From NCBI RefSeq assembly GCF_009914755.1, contig NC_060933.1: a stretch of DNA of 64,000 nucleotides; one strand, given 5' to 3'. Source of the DNA: the human T2T-CHM13v2.0 reference genome, Homo sapiens. The notes below the pieces were generated by a model. It did no database searches, was not told the origin of the DNA, and saw only the letters and a program-made list of their open reading frames with translations. The translations under genes and the position numbers were made by a program. How positions within the stretch are numbered: position 1 is the first letter of the stretch; the number at the start of each line of letters is the position of its first letter. Positions 40,403 to 55,332 of this stretch are shown in pieces.

Positions 40403-40581
40403 ACTGAAAGATTTTACATAATTTCTGAATCAACAAATGTTTCATACTCTTGGATGAAAATCTTATAATGTGAATTATTAATGTATAAAATCAAAATCCC
40501 AACATTTTGCTTTCCTTTAGAATTTCCCAATTATTTGACATTTATACTAAAGTACAAAGGGCCAAGAATAACCAAGACACT

Positions 40582-41677
40582 TTTTTTTTAATTTTAAGTA
40601 CAGGGGTACGAGTGCAGGTTTGTTAAATAGGTGAGCTTGTGTCATGGGAGTTTGTTATACAGATTATTTCATCTCCCAGGTACTAACCCTAGTACCCATT
40701 AGTTATTTCTCCTGGTCTTTTCCCTCCTCCCATCCTTCACCCTCTGAAAGGGCCCTGTGTGTGTTGTTCCCCTCTGTGTGTCCATGTGTTCTCACCATTT
40801 AGTTCCCTCTTACAAGTGAAAACACGCACTATTTAGTTTTCTGTTCCTGTGTTAGTTTGCTAAGGATAATGGCCTCCAGTTCCATCTATGTCTCTGCAAA
40901 AGACATGATCCCATTCTTTTTTATGGCTGCATAGTATTCCATGGTGTGTATGTACCACATTTTCTTTACCTAGTCTATCACTGATGGGCATTTGGGTTGA
41001 TTTCATGTATTTGCTATTGTGAAGAGTGCTGCAATAAATATATGCATTCATGTGTCTTTATAATAGAATGATTTATCCTCCCTTGAGTATATACTCAGTA
41101 ATGGGATTGCTGGGTCAAATGGTATTTCTGTCTTTAGCTCTCTGGGGAATGACCACACTGTCTTCCACAATGGGGGAACTAATTTACACTCCCACCAACA
41201 GTGTATAAGCATTCCTTTTTCTCCACAACTTCACCAACATGTTATTTGTTTACTTTTTAATAACAGCCATTCTGACTGGTGTGAGATGGTATCTCATTGT
41301 GCTTTTGATTTGCATTTTTCTAATGATCAGTGATGTTGAGCTTTTTTTCCTATGATTGTTGGCCACATGTATGTCTTCTTCTGAAAAGTGTCCGTTCATG
41401 CCCTTTGCTCACTTTTTTTATGGAGCTGCTTGTTTGTTTCTTGTAAATGTGTTTAAGTTCCTTGTAGATGCTGGATATTAGAGTTTTGTTTTGGATGCAT
41501 AGTTTGCAATTTTTTTCTCCCATTCTGTAGGTTGTCTATTTACTCTGTGGATAGTTTCTTTTTCTGTGCACAAGCGCTTTAGTTTAATCAGATTGCATTT
41601 GCCAATTTTGGTTTTTTTGCGTCTTTGCCATAAAATCTTTGCTCATACCTTTGTCATGCATGGTACTGCCTAGGTTG
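40582..41677 (-). mobile_element. L1PA12-15-like, 5'-truncated
   Basis: caggggtacgagtgcaggtttgtta...cagattatttcatc; TSD ccaagacact 40572-40581 / 41678-41687. Confidence 0.94.
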
Positions 41678-41813
41678 CCAAGACACTCTTACAGAATAAG
41701 GTAAGGGGGCATGGTGGTATAACACCACCAAATCTCAAGGCTTAATGAAATGACTAAGATGGCCTGCTATCTAACACGTTTAGAAAAATGAAGCATTGCA
41801 ACAAAATAGAGAA

Positions 41814-42801
<988 letters not shown>

Positions 42802-43794
42802 CAACAAAATAGAGAATTGTTTGTGGCAAATTAACAATAAAAGAATAGACTGCATAGTAAATCCTTCTGCTGTGATAACTGTAGATACATAAAGAGAAAA
42901 AAGTTAAATTCTCACTATGTAAAAATTTGGGGAGAAAATCTTTTGACTATTTTAGAATAAGTTTTTAAAGTCAGCAACAAAACAATCATAGAATAAGTTG
43001 ATAAATTTGATTACTTCAATAACTTCTATACATCAAAAGGTTATCTGTGTGAGACTGAGATACTAGACATTTGCTGAACTCAAGAGAAACATACATACTT
43101 GAACAAAGAAACAATATGGAACTATGCATTGTAGTATTGCTTGCAACGATAAAAGACTCAAAACAAAACTCAGTATGTATCAACAGAAGAATGGATATAT
43201 AAATTACAGGATATTTATATGGTGTGATGGCATATAGTAAATAAATTTTAGCTAAATGTTCAACATGAATAAATGTCAAAAAGGAAATACTGAATGAAAA
43301 ATCAAGCTGTAGAATGATAACAAATTTCTTAAAAGTATTAAAATATTCTTGAACACATTACACACTAAATTTAAGATATTTCTATGAAGGTGGATGACAG
43401 AAAAGTGAGAGTAGGAAATGTTAAATGTTAAAATTTGATAGAGCTGTGATTGGATAAATGGGTGTTAATGTTTTTCTCTGTTTTATCTGCATGTTTGAAA
43501 ATTTTCCATTAAAAAAAATCCAAGACAGCAAAATTTTACTCCATGCTTAAAATAAGACTAACTGCTTAAACTGTACAGCAAATAAAGTATTCAGCTTGTA
43601 TTTAAGGACTTTAATGTGTAACATCACTATATACTTAAAAATAAAATGACATTCAGCATGATTAAATGTCCAGAATATGAGACAAACACTGAAACCAAGA
43701 CTCCACTGTGGTGTTGGTAGATTTAGGTATCTTATCTCAAACTCAATTCAGGGCATATTAATCATTAAATGGGATAGTATTTCATGTTCTGTTT

Positions 43795-44605
43795 AAAATA
43801 CTTCACCAAAGAAATATATAGATGGCACATGCATGCATGAAAAAATGTTCAACATCCTTAGTCATCATGAAAATGAAAATTAAATTCACAGTGAGATACC
43901 ATAGCATACCCACCAGAATAGCTTAAGAAAAGAAATGGCCATACCAAGAGTATTAGGTTGCGGCGAAACTGGAACTCTCATTCTGCCAGAGGGAAGATAA
44001 AACGGTGTAATTTTGGAAGGCATTTTCAAACTATCTTAAAAAGTTAAACATGTACTTGCTATATGCCCCAGCCACTCTACTACTAGGTATTCATTCATAA
44101 AAAATAAAAGCATATATTCATACGAAGTCATATACATGACTATTTACAGCCTCTTTATTTGTAAAAGCCTCAAACTGGAAACAACCCAAATTTCCATTAA
44201 CAGGTAAATAGATTTTTTTAAATTGTGGTATAATATGTAATAAAGATACTACTTAGCAATAGAAAGGAATGAACTATTGATACAGTGAACAGCACGATTA
44301 AATCCCAAAATCATTACATGGAGTGAAAAAAGTCAAACAGAAAAGGGCACATACTATATGATTTCAACATATAAAATTGTGATGAAAATGAATCTTCAAT
44401 TACAGAAAGCAGAGAAGTGTTTGTCTATTTTACAGTGGTGAAGAAAGGGATGGATTACAAGTGGGCACAAGAAAACTTGGGGTAGAGATGGAAAAGTCTA
44501 TTGTTTTGTATTGATGGTTTCATGAATGTATGTGTATGTTAAAACTCATCAAATGGTACACTTTATGTGCAGTTTATACCAATTACACTTCAATAATCCT
44601 TTAAA
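43795..44605 (+). mobile_element. L1M (MC/MD-type) 3' portion
   Basis: cttcaccaaagaa...aaactggaaacaacccaaa...aaaactcatcaaatggtacac. Confidence 0.85.
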
Positions 44606-44739
44606 AGTTATAACTTGTTGTTCAATAACTGTGATAAGATATCAATAATAATATTTACCATTTAGTATGCTAACTTTTGCTAGGAATTGTTTTCCGCACT
44701 TCTCACTTCACATCCTGTTTCAGTACATGTTTCTCCCAT

Positions 44740-45130
44740 CACCATCCCAACCTCTCTACCTAACCAAAAAACAGTGCCTTGAATACAAGTAGGTTTTATC
44801 AGAAGTGATCCTAAGGAACAAGAAATGTAAAGGAGACTGGGAAGAGCCAAAGAGGAGAGAGGAGAAAGCCAATCTAAATGTAATTGCTGTGACTCAGTCT
44901 CTCTAGAGATCCCCACAAAGCCTTCGATTGTCCCCCTGCACTCTATGGTGTTTGTATATGCCATATCCATTAACCTGTCTCCCACAGGCCTCCCACACAG
45001 TGACATAGCTCTTGACATACCTGATGAAGCTGAAACAAGACCCTTATTAAGCTACACCTCTTTGCAGTCAATGGCTGGGGGCAAATAAATAAATAAATAA
45101 ATGAGTAGAGAGATGACGTATGGTGCCTAA
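44740..45130 (-). mobile_element. ERVL-class LTR (LTR16/33 group) inserted in MIR
   Basis: ttgaatacaagtaggttttatcagaagtgatcctaaggaa...gaaagccaat; MIR pieces at ~44640-44680 and ~45150-45270. Confidence 0.5.
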
Positions 45131-47011
45131 TGGACATCTTAAGAAAATAAGTAGTATTATCACCCCCTTTTTAACAATTACTGAATCATTCATCAGAGAC
45201 ACACAGTAACTTGACAAAAGTTACAAGTTTGTAAGTAGTGAGCTCGATTCCAAGACTGAACCTGATCTTAATAAAGTTAATTCATTTACTATCCACTCCA
45301 TCCTGGGGCTCAGTTTCCTCACCTGCAAAAATGAATTTCAACTCAATGTTCTCATAAAAATATTTATTTATGTTGGTAAAATACTGATAACACAGACAAG
45401 GCTAAAATCTTTTGTGACCGTCACTCCCAAATTTTACTTCATTCCACAGAGTTAGCCACTACAGTTTGTTAGATACATATGTTTCCAGATCATTTCAAAG
45501 CATTTGCCTACATAAATGTGTGTGTATACATGCATTAACAGAAGTCTACACACAAATACAAACACACATTCATTTATATAGTTTAGTACTTGGTAATTGT
45601 GTATTTAGACATACAAGGTATTAGACAATACTTTGGAAATCATATCCCATAACTATACACATAGTCTCCCATTATTTTTTATTTCATCTCTCATCATTTT
45701 TCCTTGATAATCCATGGTGTCACAATATCACATTTTAATTGGTCTTATTGATACTTTTGGGTGTTTTCAATTTTATTGTTTTATAACTGTTATAAATTTT
45801 TTCTGTGTACATGTGCAATAATTTTTACAGGACCATAATAAGAAGTAAAAAAGCTGTGTTTGAGTATACATTCCTCATTTAAATGAAATGAATACAACCA
45901 AATTACAATTTGCCCTATCCCTGACTCTGCAAATGATAAATAATGTAGTAATGAGACTATGCACATATCACATTTTTGTCTTATTTCAAAATACATCTTA
46001 GGGACATTAACTTTATATAGAATTGTATATCTCAGGAGAAAAGTGAATAAAGAAAACATTCCTTCTGTGCAGTACCTTTGATTTCTAAATAAGTATGTGT
46101 CTGTTGCTAATGCTAACTCACTTTGAAGTGATAAGAAAAACTAGAAAGTCGGTCTAAATAACAGTAATTCAGCTAACGAATTGCTGTATCACATCACTAT
46201 CACCCAGGCTGAACTTACAGTCCACTTTAGGTAGCCACGTTTCATTTATGATTGATGACTAACACTCACAGAAGGTGGACTGTCAGCCTAAAAATTATTG
46301 GTGTTCTCCAAACAGGCTGCAGTGGAGCAGAAATTACACCTGAAAGCATTACCTAATTATATGTGAAAAGGGGACTATTAATGACTACAAGCAGAATTTG
46401 CTCAAATGCCGTGAATTCAAACCTATTTTTGCCCATAGGACAATAATACAATCAAACATTTCTAATATTTTCTCTTCTGCACACCAAAAGAAATTAATAT
46501 CTTTAGTTACGCTTTTCTCTGTTTACTTGAGTTTATCTTCATTAACCATATATTAAGAGACTATTAGAATAGACTTAAAACCAAGAAGAAATAGAATAAA
46601 TTATTTTTCAAGTTCTTTCCCCCCATTAATCTACACAGAAATGCATTATTATAATTGTATCTTAATTTTTTATAAAGCCTTCTCTAAATAAAGGATGTAC
46701 TTTAAGAGTAAAGATTTTTTACTTGGCTTAATTTAGCTAATACAATATCAGTCTGTTTTCCCCAATATATTTTTTGGAATTTGTGACTAAACACGTTTTC
46801 TTCATTATTTTGGACACTATAAACAACAGGACCAAAAATGCATTCCTCTTTCAAGATCTTTAGAAAACCTTATCATGTGCATATTGCACATGAGCATCAC
46901 TTTTATTTTCTACTTACATATTGTATCCTATTGCAAAGTCTGTTATCATTAATATTCTAAATTATCTCCAAATATTACAAATAATTACTGGAATGTAGCT
47001 ACACTTTATAG

Positions 47012-47516
47012 TGTGATCAATGGTGTTACTGACCACAATTCTTCATTCTTTTCTGTATCCACACCTTGTTATGTGACTTCGGACTTTCTCCCCTTCACTT
47101 TGGAATTAACAATGTGCCTTGCTGTGGCAGACATAAGATAGACATAAAGTATATTGGTTTATGGTTGAAGGCTTCAGAGATTTTATCCATTTCAACATAC
47201 ATTTTTGTGTTTCTGTCAAAGCTATTAGAAGACTATCCATGGAAAGTCCACTGGTCCAATGTGAATGGGAAATACATAAAGCAGACCTGGTTTCAAAGAC
47301 CTAGACCATGAAACAGTCTCTCTAGCTATTGTAGCCTAGATTAGCTGACCCAGAATCATGTAAGAGAGTTCAGCTGCAATCAAGGGAGACACAATAACCC
47401 ATTTTATTAAAAGCCCCTGTTAGCCCTCAGGTGAGTGAACTAAATAAACTGTTAAATTTCATTGATATTTTTGTGATTGTTATACAGCATTATCATGACA
47501 GTAGCTAACTGATGCA
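47012..47516 (+). mobile_element. Old MLT1 (H/I/J-like) MaLR LTR
   Basis: ctgtatccacacc...atgtgactt; end ttgttatacagcattatcatgacagtagctaactgat. Confidence 0.7.
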
Positions 47517-47919
47517 TACATCAATATACAGTCTCTGTTTTAAAAAATATGTGGCTATCAGATTCGTCTGATGTATACAGCTCAAATTTATATTTATAAG
47601 AAGGAAAAATTATAAGAATTAGGACATATGCTTTTTTAAAAAAACATTGGATGTGAAAGCGTTAGATTACATAAAAAGAAATGTTTCCCACACTTCCATT
47701 TAGAAGAGTTTTTGCCACCCTTCTAATCATTATGCTGTATCTACACTGCCTTCTCATATACACAGGTTGTCATCATCTAAAACAGGTATTGTCAACATAA
47801 TTTGAATCTGTCTCCTCTTTATTTCTATTGTTGCATCTTCATACAACCATAATTATTGTTTATGTGTGACTCCTAGGAGTCCCCTCCCTGTCACTCTTGC
47901 CTCTCTCTAAAGTATTATT

Positions 47920-50075
47920 AATTAATTTGTTCAAAAACTTTAATAGATCCAAGCAATGCTTTAGAGTCTGATAATAGAACAAAGAAAAAATAATCAAAAT
48001 ACCTAACCTCATAGAGTAAAAACTCTACTGAATAGAGACAGACATTAAATAAGATAAATTAGTAAAACTGAACATGTTAATGAAGGAGGTGTTATAAAGA
48101 AAATGAATGGAAGAGTGTTGGCAGGGGTGCAATGCAATTTTAGAAATGGAGGAGAGGGAAGCCCTTCCTAGAAAGACTACAAACATCATTGGAGATACGG
48201 GAATAAACTATGTCAACATCTTAGGAAGAGCATCCACAGGTAGTGGGAATAGGGAGTGAATAATCCTTAAGTGGGAGCAAGAACTCAAGGAAAATCATAG
48301 AGGTTAATGCATTGAGTGAGAAGTAAATAAGTGTAGTAGTAGGATATGAGATCAAAAGAGTAGCTACGGACAAAACTGTGTAGGGTCCTATAGGACAGTG
48401 TATGGGACTTTGGTTTTACTTCTAGTGGCATTAAAAGTCATTAAAGAGTTTTGAGCGAACAAGTGATATAATGTGATTTATATTTTACTAAGAACATTAG
48501 CTTTCATATTTTGGGGATACTGAAGGCTAGTGAGTTCATGAGTCGTCATTCAGTCAAGAAAACAACCAGCACATAAGGAACTTAAGGCAAACGGGGTTCA
48601 ATACTGGGACTCGATTACTAAAAAGTTGGAAAGGATACAAGATCAAAGCTGAGAAGCAGAAGTAACCCAGAGATTTCCACACCTCACCTAGTGCTGAAGG
48701 AAGCAAAGGGAAAAGGTGATGTTACCATAGCCTGCAGCATACTTGCTGCTGAAGTTTCTGGCACCGCAGCGAGAACCTCCAAAGGTCACATAGAGCACAC
48801 AGTTACTTACTACTGCCTATGCTATTACCACTGATGGGCAATTTAGAAGCACTTCCTGCTGTTGAATAAGCCTCCAGAAGCAGAAAGAACACTGGCCTCT
48901 TTCCTCTTTCCAACTTCTAATCTCCCAACAGCCCTTCCCAGTGGCTAAATATAAGCAGGAGCCAGCTGGCAAGGGATTTGGGGAAATGCGGTTTCTAAGG
49001 GTCGAGTTTCTTTGCACAAAGCAAAACAAGGTTGGGAAAGAACAGACATAAGAGAAAAAGGCAAATGACTGGCACAAGGGGCAGGGGTAGAATAAAAAGT
49101 ATTGCTTCCTCGTGGTTTCAAGTTTTGTGACATCCTAGAGGATAAACAAGGTAAACCACAAGAAATACATAACTATAAATTCCTATGGTACAAATTGGGT
49201 CTAGTGCAATTTGCAGTAATTCCAGATAGCCAATTATGTTAATAGCCATGAGTGTTTAGACCAAAAAGAAGATATATAAACACTAAATCTCAGTATGTAT
49301 AAATTTTATTAAAGCATATTCTGTCCTAAATACCTCCCCCTAGTAATAAAAACTATTGCAACAATCTAGGAGAAAGATAAGTGTGACTTAGAGGTAGACA
49401 GGACACAATAAGAAGTGGTGAGATTATAGACACATAAGTATTTGTATGTATATATTTGTACTTATATATAAATATATAAGTACAGATTTGATAAAGCAAC
49501 TGAAGGTAAGAGAAAAGTCAGGTGTCAGATAATGGCACCTAGCATTTTGTCATGACTAACTGTAAAAAAAAAAAAAGGTATCATTAATTGAGATGGGATA
49601 CATTTCGGGAGTCACAGGTTAAGGAGGAGGGAGAAAAGATAAGGACATCCATTTAGGACACACTAAGGTTGGGATATCTATGAGATATCCACATACAGAT
49701 GTTGAGTGGGTAATTAGATGCATGAGACTGGAGGTTGTGGAATAGAGGCCTGGCATGGAGATACAAATTTCAGTGTTGTCACCATATAGCTGGCACTTAA
49801 TGCTATGAGAATGGATAAGACATTTAAAAAAGTGAGGGAACACCACTGAGAGAAGAGGTCCAGTGACTGATCTTGATGTATTATAATATTAATAGGTGGT
49901 CAAATGAGGAGGAATTAGCAACAATATATGACAAAAAGTGACAATGTTGTCAGAGAAAAAATTGGAGAGTGATATCCTGGAAAGCAAATGAAGAATACAT
50001 TTCAATGAGTAGGAGTGATTATCTATCAGATGCAACTGATAGCACAAGCTAAATGAAGACTGAGAATTGACCCTT
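47920..50075 (-). mobile_element. L2 (interrupted by an LTR at ~48530-49075)
   Basis: ggactttggttttact...gagttttgagc; tttaggacacactaaggttgggatatctatgagatatcca; aaatgaagactgagaattgacc. Confidence 0.8.
48530..49075. mobile_element. Old LTR (LTR78/79-like)
   Basis: agtaacccagagattt; gagccagctggcaagggatttggggaaatgcggttt. Confidence 0.45.
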
Positions 50076-51290
50076 AGGTATTATCAGCTGCCACCTGGTT
50101 ACGTTGTTACTTGACCCTAATTTTTGGTGTGTTCACGGAGAGGAGGTAGTGCTAGATGCTCAGGACTGAGAATGTTATTTTTCAAGCATCGGTCTCTGCA
50201 TTGTCTTCAAGCTAGGGGAAACCCTGGCCTTTACCAGAGAGGAGCAGAGTCTTCTACACGTCCAAAGGATATTGGGAATTCAACGTTCTTCAATGTATCA
50301 ATGTAGATATCTCCTTATCATTCTCAGTGTCTCCTTACCATTTTCTCTCCCAATCGGAGATATATAATATGGCATGGCAAACGTGTAGGGTCTGAAATCC
50401 AACCATCTCTGGAATTTCCCATATAATTACCCATATAATTTAGTCCTGGTCCTCAACTTTTTTTTGCCATGTAACCACAGGAAATGGAAGTCTCATTGTA
50501 TGTATACTACCAAAGAAATCCTCTTCTCCTATAGTTTACCCTAAATCGGTGAATAATTATTCTAAATTTTTATTGACTTCTAGCACAGCAATAATCTCCA
50601 GCAGCCATCATATGATTCCATAGTCTTTACAATAACTACTTCTCATATGCCTGAGATATTACAACAACCAATGCATTCCTGCCCACTAATATCCCATCCC
50701 AGTTCACCATCAGTGAAAGTTTTAACAATTACTTGCCACAGCATGTTATGTGATATCCAGATGCCACCTATCACTGGTTATGGAGTCCCCATTACATGGT
50801 GATCAGTGGATAATCCACTCCAAAATTTCATTTTAGAGTTAACTACCTCAAACCACTTTGAAAACTATCTCAGATGTAAGAAGTTCCCTGATTAAGAAAG
50901 TCAGAGGTGAAATTTATTTTGGGGAGTTCTCAGCATCAACACCTGTGAAAGAATGAGCAAAGCAGGATTAGACTGAGGGAGAAGCACAGCCATGATGCAC
51001 CGCAATTGTAACCTCTGCCACCACCAAAGGAATTAATAAAGATAGAACAAACCTTCCGAGGTTTCTCTTCTTGGAGCCATTGGGGCCAGACCTTTTCAAC
51101 CCTGCATTGACCATTCACTGTATGCAATCTGTCTCTAGGGAGTAAGCATACCTTGGAAGAAACAGCTCCCTTAAGCCAAGATTAATAGTTGGAAAGGGGA
51201 TTAGCTATAAACTATCAACCGACAATACCCCAGTGACTGAGAAATGAATGTCTGTTCTGAGGGAATGAATAAAGGAATCAAGCCACAGCA
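50076..51290 (-). mobile_element. ERV-L-class (HERV16/LTR16-like) LTR (~50870-51290) with adjoining 5' internal/gag remnant (~50076-50870)
   Basis: ttattttggggagttctcagcatcaacacctgtg...gcaggattagactgagggagaag LTR16-like; internal ccactccaaaatttcattttagag...aaccact leader-like. Confidence 0.6.
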
Positions 51291-54200
51291 TTGACTAGAA
51301 GCTCCTATCCAAACACTATCCTCTTGCTATTCCTCATGTTGCTCTGTTTTCGTTATAGCACATATCAAATCTCCATTATAATTAGTGTATATATTTACTA
51401 CTCTCATTTATCCTCCAACTGGACTCCAAGTTCTACGATTGCAGGGGCAACTCTCATTACCTTCATCACTATAAAACCAGTGTTTCACACTGAATACGTG
51501 TAAACATTTGTTTTAAATTAGTAGCGATTGTGATACCCTCCTTTACACCTGTGTCTGTTTCTCCTAAGCTTATTTGCTGTTGTAAATTCTGTCGCTTACT
51601 TATGTGTCACCTATTGTCAACTAAGATAGGACTAAAATATTCTTAAATGTTAATTAATTAATGAATGATTTTACTTGTTACAGATGAGAAATAAAATGAC
51701 TGTTTCAAGTCTTCGTTGCAGAATTTATCATCCACATGAAGTTATGATCTTGAATGATCTTTTATCACTCTGAACTTCATTTTTATCATCTGTAGGCAGT
51801 ATATGCTTGAGTACTTGGCTTCAGGCCCAGCCTCAAGATCCTTAACAGAATAATAGGCTTTGATCAATGATTGATATCTATCATTGCCACAAGGCTGAAA
51901 GAAAGAAGTGGCATGTTTGCCAGGTATTTACCTTAACTCCTCTAAATCTAACACAAACCATCACCATTTTACTCAATTCATTTTTATGGCTAACTACATA
52001 TAACTCCCACACAACATATTACTCAAATGAAGAATCACTTTAAAAAACAAGTAAAATGTTATAGATAACCAAAGTCAATAATGTTTATGTGAGCACCTGA
52101 TTTAGAATCTTACTCTCATAGCATGGCCCATGAAGATCGTTTCATCCATCACTCTTACTTTACACGTGAGAACACTGAGAACTCAAAAGATTAAATAGTT
52201 ATCCTACGGTTATACATTTATTTAGTAGCAAAACCCAAACTAGAAATATCCTCCCTTTCACTAACCTGGCTCTCTCTAACCAGGAGGCTTCTTTAAATCT
52301 CTTGTAGTCTATTTGCAATTTCCATTTTAGTTACGATGATTTTATGGAGACTCTGTCTTAATTTATAGCCTTTTATTTCAATAGAGTAATGGTAAAGAAA
52401 ACAAAACTATTGTATATATTTGGGAAATGAACTCACAGTTAACCCATAAACCCATATTTTCTACATTACAAATATAAATAAGCAAAGACTGTAGGAAGAG
52501 AAATGTTTCAATTAGAAGTCCAAGTATTATCTTTTCTTTTTGCCTTAAGTGTCTCTCTCATTAAAGCATGTATAAATCTTACTTCAAATGCAGTTCTTCA
52601 CTTCAGTTTCTAAAGAAAGAGACTATGTAAGAATTCTATATGTGCTTAAATTTATGATTCCTCCATGAGGAAAAAATAGACTCTTATATATATTTTTAAA
52701 GGTATGAAATAGGACAGCCCCTTAGAATTACTATAACTCTAAAAATAATTAAGAAGGAAAATTAATTGTTACAGATTTTAGAATAAAGTGGAGAAAAAAG
52801 GATTAACAGTATCACTCCATACCTCATCTGCAATATGGTTTCTCATATTGTTTAACTGAAGAATTGAGTTCATGTCTTCACTTGATCCAATGATGATTCA
52901 ATGTGAGAAACAAATTTATTGTTAATGGGATGTGGAGATAACCCTCAGGGGAGTTTAAGCAATGAAACAGCCAACGTTGTCAGACAGTTTTATTGACTTC
53001 AAGATATAGAAAAATAATTCAAACAGAGAGGACACAGAATCAGGTGTGACACTTGGTTCAACGAGGTACTGGTGCATCAAACAAGGGGTCAAAACAAAAC
53101 GATAAGTCAGCATACGCATGTATAAACACTTGTTTTATGGTGTTAGAGTTCCAAAAGTGTTTTGGCTTACCAGTGAGATTTTTTTAACTGTATTGGTATC
53201 CGACCATTATTTTCTGATTAATTCTAACAAAAATTATACCCTTCTCGGCGAAACATGTGCTTGCACATAAGTGAATGTGTGTGTGCATGCACAGGCATGT
53301 GTAAGACAAATGGGTACTTATCTAGCACTGTCCTCCCTACTTCTAGGATCCACCATTTTTATTGATATGACACGAATCCCAGAGATGTGATACTCAAAAT
53401 GTTCTTCCTTTTGCTCCATGGCTGCCACCTGGAGCCACCATTAAAGCCAACTATCCTATAAATTTATTCTTAATAGCCTGGGAATCTAAACTAGAAAATA
53501 AAGAAGGATTTAAACTAATTCAAGGCCAAGAGTAGAAAAGCAGTGTAAAATCCAACAGGCCTTTACAAAATACCCAGTATTTGCCTAATGCTGTGTGAAG
53601 TGCTGTAAATAGAAAGAGGAAAAGGCACAATTATCTACCCTCAAAGAGCTTGCAGCACAGCAAGGAAATATCATAGGCTGTCCTGATGGTGTGCAAGCAG
53701 TGTTGATTTAATATATGAAAAGTAGAATGCCATTTAATTTATAACTAGAGGTCCTTGGGGTAGGATAAAGCAAGATGTTTATCCTCCCTAGCATTTATTG
53801 ACAGTGATAGAACAGACCAGTGGATGTAAAGTAAGCATCTAGCCCTTACAGCTAGTCCTAAAAAGGAACTGGGGCTGTCATGTGCATAACCAGCCCAAAA
53901 ATTCCAATCCTATCTCCCCTGCCTTTTCAGTCACAAAGAAAGTAAGTTATTCCTACCTTAACTTGTTCTGCAGGTATCTCTTAAACTGATCTTCTGTAAT
54001 GGTTCTCTTTTAAAATATATTTTTAAACTATATTTAGAATTATGAAGTATTAGGTATTTACTGTACAATGTTTGGACTGTGAACAAAGTAGAATGAAGAA
54101 AAAAACACTTATAATTCCAATACTCAGAGAAAACCAATATTGACATATTCAGTTATTCACTTGGTCATTCATTTATATTTTCAACAAATATTACCAAAGG

Positions 54201-54639
54201 CCGACTATGTGCAATACATAATAGCCTTCTGGATTTTTTTCTTGCATTAACATACATTAAAATATACCTTTCACAGAACTAGGACCATGTTGTGCTCTCT
54301 TTTACATAAGTTTGTATTTTCACTCATCAGCATGTGGTCAATATTTTCATTATTACTAAGTATTTTTGCTAGATCTATTTAAAAATTCAAGAGATTTTGT
54401 TAGCACACTCCCTAACAGTGTGGACTGTCCAGAATCCCATGCCCACAAGGAATGGCTGTGTCTACCAGCATTACTTTTGATATCAAAAATTTAGAATGAC
54501 CAGAGCCAAAAACTCCTTTGTGAAATTAGGTGGAACGTCCTTGAGAACAAGGATTAGGACTAAAGGATTGTGTATCATATCTTCTTTTGCCTTTTGCTGT
54601 ATAACATACAAGATTGAGTGTGTAAAAATTGGTAAATGA

Positions 54640-54926
54640 GGCTGGGTGCAGTGGCTTATGCCTGTAATCCCAACACTTTCGGAGGCTGGGGTGGGTGGAT
54701 CACTTGAGGCCAGCCTGGGGCAACATGGTGAAACACTGCCTCTACTGAAAATACAAAAAAAATTAGCTGGGCTTGGCATGCCTGTGATCTCAGCTACTTG
54801 GGAGGCTGAAGCACGAGAATCACTTGAACCCAGAAGGTGGAGGGTGCAGTGAGGCATGATTGCACCACTGCACTACAGCATGGGCAACAGAGCAAGCCTC
54901 TCTTTCCAAGAAAAAAAAAGAAAAAA
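54640..54926 (+). mobile_element. AluSz/Jb-like with internal deletions
   Basis: Alu dimer lacking gagttcgagaccag; degenerate TSD ggtaaatga / ggtaagtga. Confidence 0.93.
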
Positions 54927-55199
54927 GGTAAGTGAATCTCTGAATGACTACCAGTTTGTCGTTGAAATTAATCTTGCTACTACTTCACACTACTCCTATT
55001 TTCTTGTATGTATCATGCATTTTGATCACAAGTAACATTGCTTTAATATTACTTAACACTTACCCTGTTCTTTCTCTTCTTTTTTGCCTATCTCCACACA
55101 AGACAACATATTCTACATTTCAGCTGATCTCGTTATTTAAAAAGTGACATACTGTCTTCTAACATTCACTTTTCCACTTTGTTATAATCTTCTAATTAC

Positions 55200-55332
55200 C
55201 TGTCTCTACCATCCAGTCCTGACTAGATTATAAACTCCACGAGGGCAGGAATCAGGTCCATATTCATTATCACTGCATCTGCAGTGCCTAGTACAATGCC
55301 TGGCACATAATAAATGTTTAATAATTAATGAA
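55200..55332 (+). mobile_element. L2 3' end
   Basis: actagattataaactccacgagggcagg...gtgcctagtacaatgcctggcacataataaatg. Confidence 0.85.

Noticed and set aside
53420-53437. CTCF-like motif (reverse GCTCCAGGTGGCAG)
   Set aside because: Mismatches at the 5' core positions; not supportable without ChIP data
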